Positions 60,161-64,000 of a stretch of DNA of 64,000 bases are shown here, in pieces. The position numbers were made by a program, and so were the translations under genes. The notes beneath the pieces are model-generated. The model was not told where the DNA came from and searched no databases. It saw only the letters and a list, made by a program, of their open reading frames with translations. Within the stretch, counting starts at the first letter, position 1. Each line of letters starts with the position of its first letter. Source of the DNA: Eledone cirrhosa (lineage: Eukaryota); the NCBI GenBank assembly GCA_964016885.1, contig OZ024746.1, positions 55,304,001 through 55,368,000 on the forward strand. The letters run 5' to 3'.

Positions 60161-60575
60161 TTAATAAAAGGAATTCCAACTTTGTCTAATTTACGCGTTT
60201 TATTTACAATCCTTTAAAATATATAATGGTATTAGAATGAAATAGTGGGGTAGAATATTAAATGTTAAGTGTTAATTGAAAAAGTACTTTCATGCTTTCG
60301 CAATCTACAGGTTCACATTCTGTGGTGACAGTCAAGTTTGCAATTTTCACAGTTGAAAATTGCACACTTGACTGTCACCACAGAATATGAACCTGAAGAT
60401 TGCGAAAGCATGAAAGTACTTGTTCAATAACACTTAACATTTAATATCTAGCCTATTATTTCATTCTAATACGATTATATATTTTAAAGGATTGTAAATA
60501 AAACGAGTAAATCAGACAAATTTGGATTTCCTTATATTAATATAATCTTCTATACACAATCATACACACCCGTAT
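60161..60575 (+). mobile_element. family K fold-back (arms 60161-60349 / 60354-60540, tail about 35 bp)
   Basis: inverted repeat with 4-bp spacer, (TA)n flanks. Confidence 0.85.
60388..60426 (+). ncRNA. minimal type I hammerhead, family K (mutated mirror copy 60277-60315)
   Basis: TGAAC-CTGAAGA-TTGCgaaaGCAT-GAAA-GTAC-TT-GTTCA. Confidence 0.8.
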
Positions 60576-60599
60576 ATATTTATTTATATATATACATAA

Positions 60600-60675
<76 letters not shown>

Positions 60676-60676
60676 T

Positions 60677-60767
<91 letters not shown>

Positions 60768-60770
<3 letters not shown>

Positions 60771-60871
60771 GAGTTTCCCCCCAAAAAAGTATACACACTT
60801 CAACAGCATTCTAATGAATATTACCTGTACAGTTAATCAAAGTTTCTATACACTTTTTGGGACACCCTGTA
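60768..60871. mobile_element. short Tc1/mariner-type MITE
   Basis: imperfect TIRs (CAGAGTTTCCCCCCAAAAAAGTATA / reverse complement CAGGGTGTCCCAAAAAGTGTATA) in TA context. Confidence 0.5.
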
Positions 60872-60935
60872 AATATATATATATATATATATATTGGCAA
60901 AAAGTGTGAGGTTATATCAGGAGTAATTAGGTCCA

Positions 60936-61060
60936 TAAACAATTACCAAACCATACTCGAGGACGCTGTGTCTACCTGGCGGATTTTCAACCTCCTGCTG
61001 CTTGCTGAAAACCCCCCAGGTGAAACGCGCTTCCTCGAGTATAGTTTGCTAATTCGTTGT
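60936..61060. mobile_element. small fold-back with two degenerate hammerhead copies
   Basis: ATACTCGAGGA/TCCTCGAGTAT; reconstructed GAG-TTGAAAA-TCCgccaGGT-GAAAC-GC-GTC-CTC. Confidence 0.45.
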
Positions 61061-61180
61061 GTAACTAACTCTATATATGTGTTTATGCACATATATGAAT
61101 CTATCTATATATCTGTCTGTCTGCTGTCTCTCTCCCTCTCTCTCTCTCGCATTCTCTCTCTCTCCCTCTCTCTTTCTTTC

Positions 61181-61246
<66 letters not shown>

Positions 61247-61479
61247 CCTGTCTCTCTCTCTCCCTCACGCACTCACACACACACACACTCGCTCATATAT
61301 ATCAACTAAGTATAGGGTTTTAGTCGCTGGTGATCATTGTTATATAAAAATTTAGTAAAAAATACGACTTTAGTGAATTCACGTCTGTTATTCATAATTG
61401 TTTCAGATCGTTGTTTGTTTCGTGGGAGGAATGTATCATAGTTTAGAATGACCTTTATAGTTATACGCTTCTTTGTGAT

Positions 61480-61975
61480 GGCCATGATCAACCAAGAAGT
61501 GGTCGACGTTCATCTAACGAAGCTGATCCCCACGTGACAGCACCTGATCTGTCAGAAGATTTGCGTCAGCCCGATGACCCTGTTCATACTTTCGAGGACA
61601 TTGGAAAAATCAGCAAATTTTATGTATTGGCTCCACATAAACTAACCGACTTTCACCACCGACGCTGCATGAATGTCTGCATGATATTATTGTCCAACAT
61701 ATGCCGATAAGATTGGCTGAATAAATTGCTTACTGCAGAGGAAAAATTATGTTTGTACATGAACATAATACACAGAAAAGCTGAACAGACAAGGGTACAA
61801 CTGCACATATTTAGGGAAAGTCAGAGTCGCATCAAAGGAAGCTCAATATTTGTATCTGGTAGGATGTAATGGGCGTGATTAACTGGGAAATACTGGAATG
61901 CAACGCAATTATTCAATCAACGCTCAATTTTACTGTCAACAACTGCAACGTGTGGCCGACGCAATTGCATATCTA
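61480..61975 (+). pseudogene. mariner transposase fragment
   Basis: GKISKFYVLAPHKLT (WVPHEL-like), LLTAEEKLCLYMN (TGDEKW-like), ICIW*DVMGVINWEIL, FYCQQLQRV. Confidence 0.75.
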
Positions 61976-62093
61976 GAAACATCTTGAAGCAGGTGAACGA
62001 GAATAACGGTAATGATATTGGTTGATTTATATGACTTTTACTATAATATTTAGTTGAATATCGTTGTTAATATAAGTTGTGCGGGGAATTTGA

Positions 62094-62139
<46 letters not shown>

Positions 62140-62294
62140 TTTCTGAATATGTTTAGCAAGATTCTTTATCTGAAAACGTGTGTTGAAACCGATATTGTTA
62201 TACTTTGGGAGAGACATGTTGCCGATAAAAAACACACGCACCAGTTGCTTTCACTCCAAATTATTATAAATTAAATTATAAATATAAAAAAATT

Positions 62295-64000
62295 ATAAAT
62301 TTCCGGTTGGTTGGTTGGTTCCACAACTGGACGGTTGTTCATATATTGTCAAAGTTCTTTCGTCACACATTATGTGACCTCTTCAGTGACTGGGGATTAT
62401 TTTCTTTGTTTTGTGCCTCTCCTTTGTTCTGTCCTACGCCATCTTGTTTTTGTGTGTGTTGTGTGCTTAGATTGCGCATGTGTTACATCCGGGTGTCTGT
62501 GTGTGTTTTTATTTGTTTATTTATTTGTTTATTTACATGTTACTAGTTAGTTGTTTGTTCTATGTGTGTGTGTTTTCATTTTGTCCTTAATTGTAAGTTG
62601 TGATGTTGCTATTCCATTCAATATTTTCTATTTAATTTTGGTTGGAATTCATTTACGTTTATTGCCTCTGTGATTTGTCTAAGCATTGCATCTTTTCTGT
62701 GTGTAGATTTTATTTTTATTTCTATGTTCTCTAATTAGCCCTTATATTCTATTTTAGCATGTTGGTGGAGTACTGATGATTCTTTTCTATCTTGAATCTC
62801 TCGCCAGTGTTCATTTATTCGTTCTCCTATACTACGAGCTGTCTCACATATGTACACTATATTCTTATCTTTACATTGTCTTTCGGTACATATTATGCTA
62901 TATACTATGTTTCTAGATGCAGTTAATATGGGGGCTTAGTTTACAGATAATGCATTTATTATCTATACTGATTGCGGATTTATTACGGGTGATGAGAAAC
63001 GTGTCCCGCATGGGCAACCCAAAAAAACTAGAGAGAAACATACAACACTTCATCCACCGTATGCAGTTTTCTGGTTACAATCAGAGAGATAAATCAGAGT
63101 ATATAGAGGAGCCAGAACTAAATGGGAAAAAATGATAAATAATGATACAAATGGGACTTGCCCCTTGCATAGGAGCAAATTTTGGAATAGAATAGAAAGA
63201 ACTAGGAATAAGGTTAACAGAATAAACTCATGGTATGATAGCAATAAATACCAGAGTGTAATGTGCATCAATACAACCCCTAGTTGTGAACTAGCTTACA
63301 CATTTAGAAGGGCCCTAGATAAACTTAAACTAAATATTAAGATGGTAGAAATACCAGGTACCTCCATAAAAACACTTATTAGTAATACATACTCTTTTCA
63401 AAGACCTCCCTGCATAGACAAAAAATGCATAATCTGTAAGCTGCAAAACTAGAAACATAGTATATAGCATAAGATGTACCGAAGGACAATGTAAAGATAA
63501 GAATATAGTGTACATAGGTGAGACAGCTCGTAGTATAGGAGAACGAATAAATGAACACTGGCGAGAGCTTCAAGATATAACAGAATCATCAGTACTCCAC
63601 CAACATGCTAAAATATAACATAATGGCTAATTAGAGAACCTAGAAATAAAAATAAAATCTACACACAGAAAAGACGCAATGCTTAGACAAATCACAGAGG
63701 CAATAAATATAAATGAACACCAACCAAAATTAAATAGAAAACATGAATGGAATAGCAACATCACAACTTACAATTAAGGACAAAATGAAAACACATACAC
63801 ATAGAACAAACAACTAACTAGTAACATGTAAATAAATAAATAAATAAACAAATAAAAACACGCACAGACACCCGGATGTAACACATGCGCAATCTAAGCA
63901 CACAACACCCACAAAAACAAGATGGCGTAGGACAGAACAAAGGAGAGGCACAAAACAAAGAAAACAATCCCCAGTCACTGAAGAGGTCAAATAATGTGTG
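62295..64000 (+). mobile_element. PLE family L: inverted arm 62295-62916, RT-thumb/linker/GIY-YIG pseudogene about 62937-63777, 3' arm running off the window
   Basis: RMQFSGY, CxxxxCxxC, NIVYSIRC, YIGETARSIGERINEH, EAININEHQPKLNRKHEW; 62364-62916 is the reverse complement of 63449-64000. Confidence 0.88.
62348..62390 (-). ncRNA. type I hammerhead, family L (plus copy begins 63974, cut by window edge)
   Basis: GTCA-CTGAAGA-gGTCACAtaatgTGTGAC-GAAA-GAAC-TT-TGAC. Confidence 0.72.

Overview
AT-rich, microsatellite-saturated animal DNA. The SINE families and (TA)n/(CA)n content point to an octopus or other cephalopod genome (inference). No intact host gene is visible, and nearly all listed ORFs are microsatellite artefacts. 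The window holds fragments of Penelope-like retroelements (PLEs): Naiad-type RT+GIY-YIG at 49.8-52.6 kb, and GIY-YIG fragments at 6.7, 18.1, 41.6 and 63 kb. It also holds decayed RTE-type LINEs, a mariner remnant and many tRNA-derived SINEs. The main hidden signal is RNA structure. I can fold about 30 type I hammerhead ribozyme (HHR) motifs by eye, from roughly 17 unrelated repeat families (letter labels are mine). Several sit in non-coding 320-637 bp tandem or circularly permuted units (retrozyme-like). Several carry a compensatory U3-A8 core, a U10.1-U11.1 mismatch, a palindromic minimal stem III, or very long stems II/III. Most insertions lie in (TA)n tracts as fold-back structures with two reproducible 3' ends. 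In one element the 5' boundary coincides with the predicted cleavage site. All folds were made manually and are untested; coordinates are good to a few bases.
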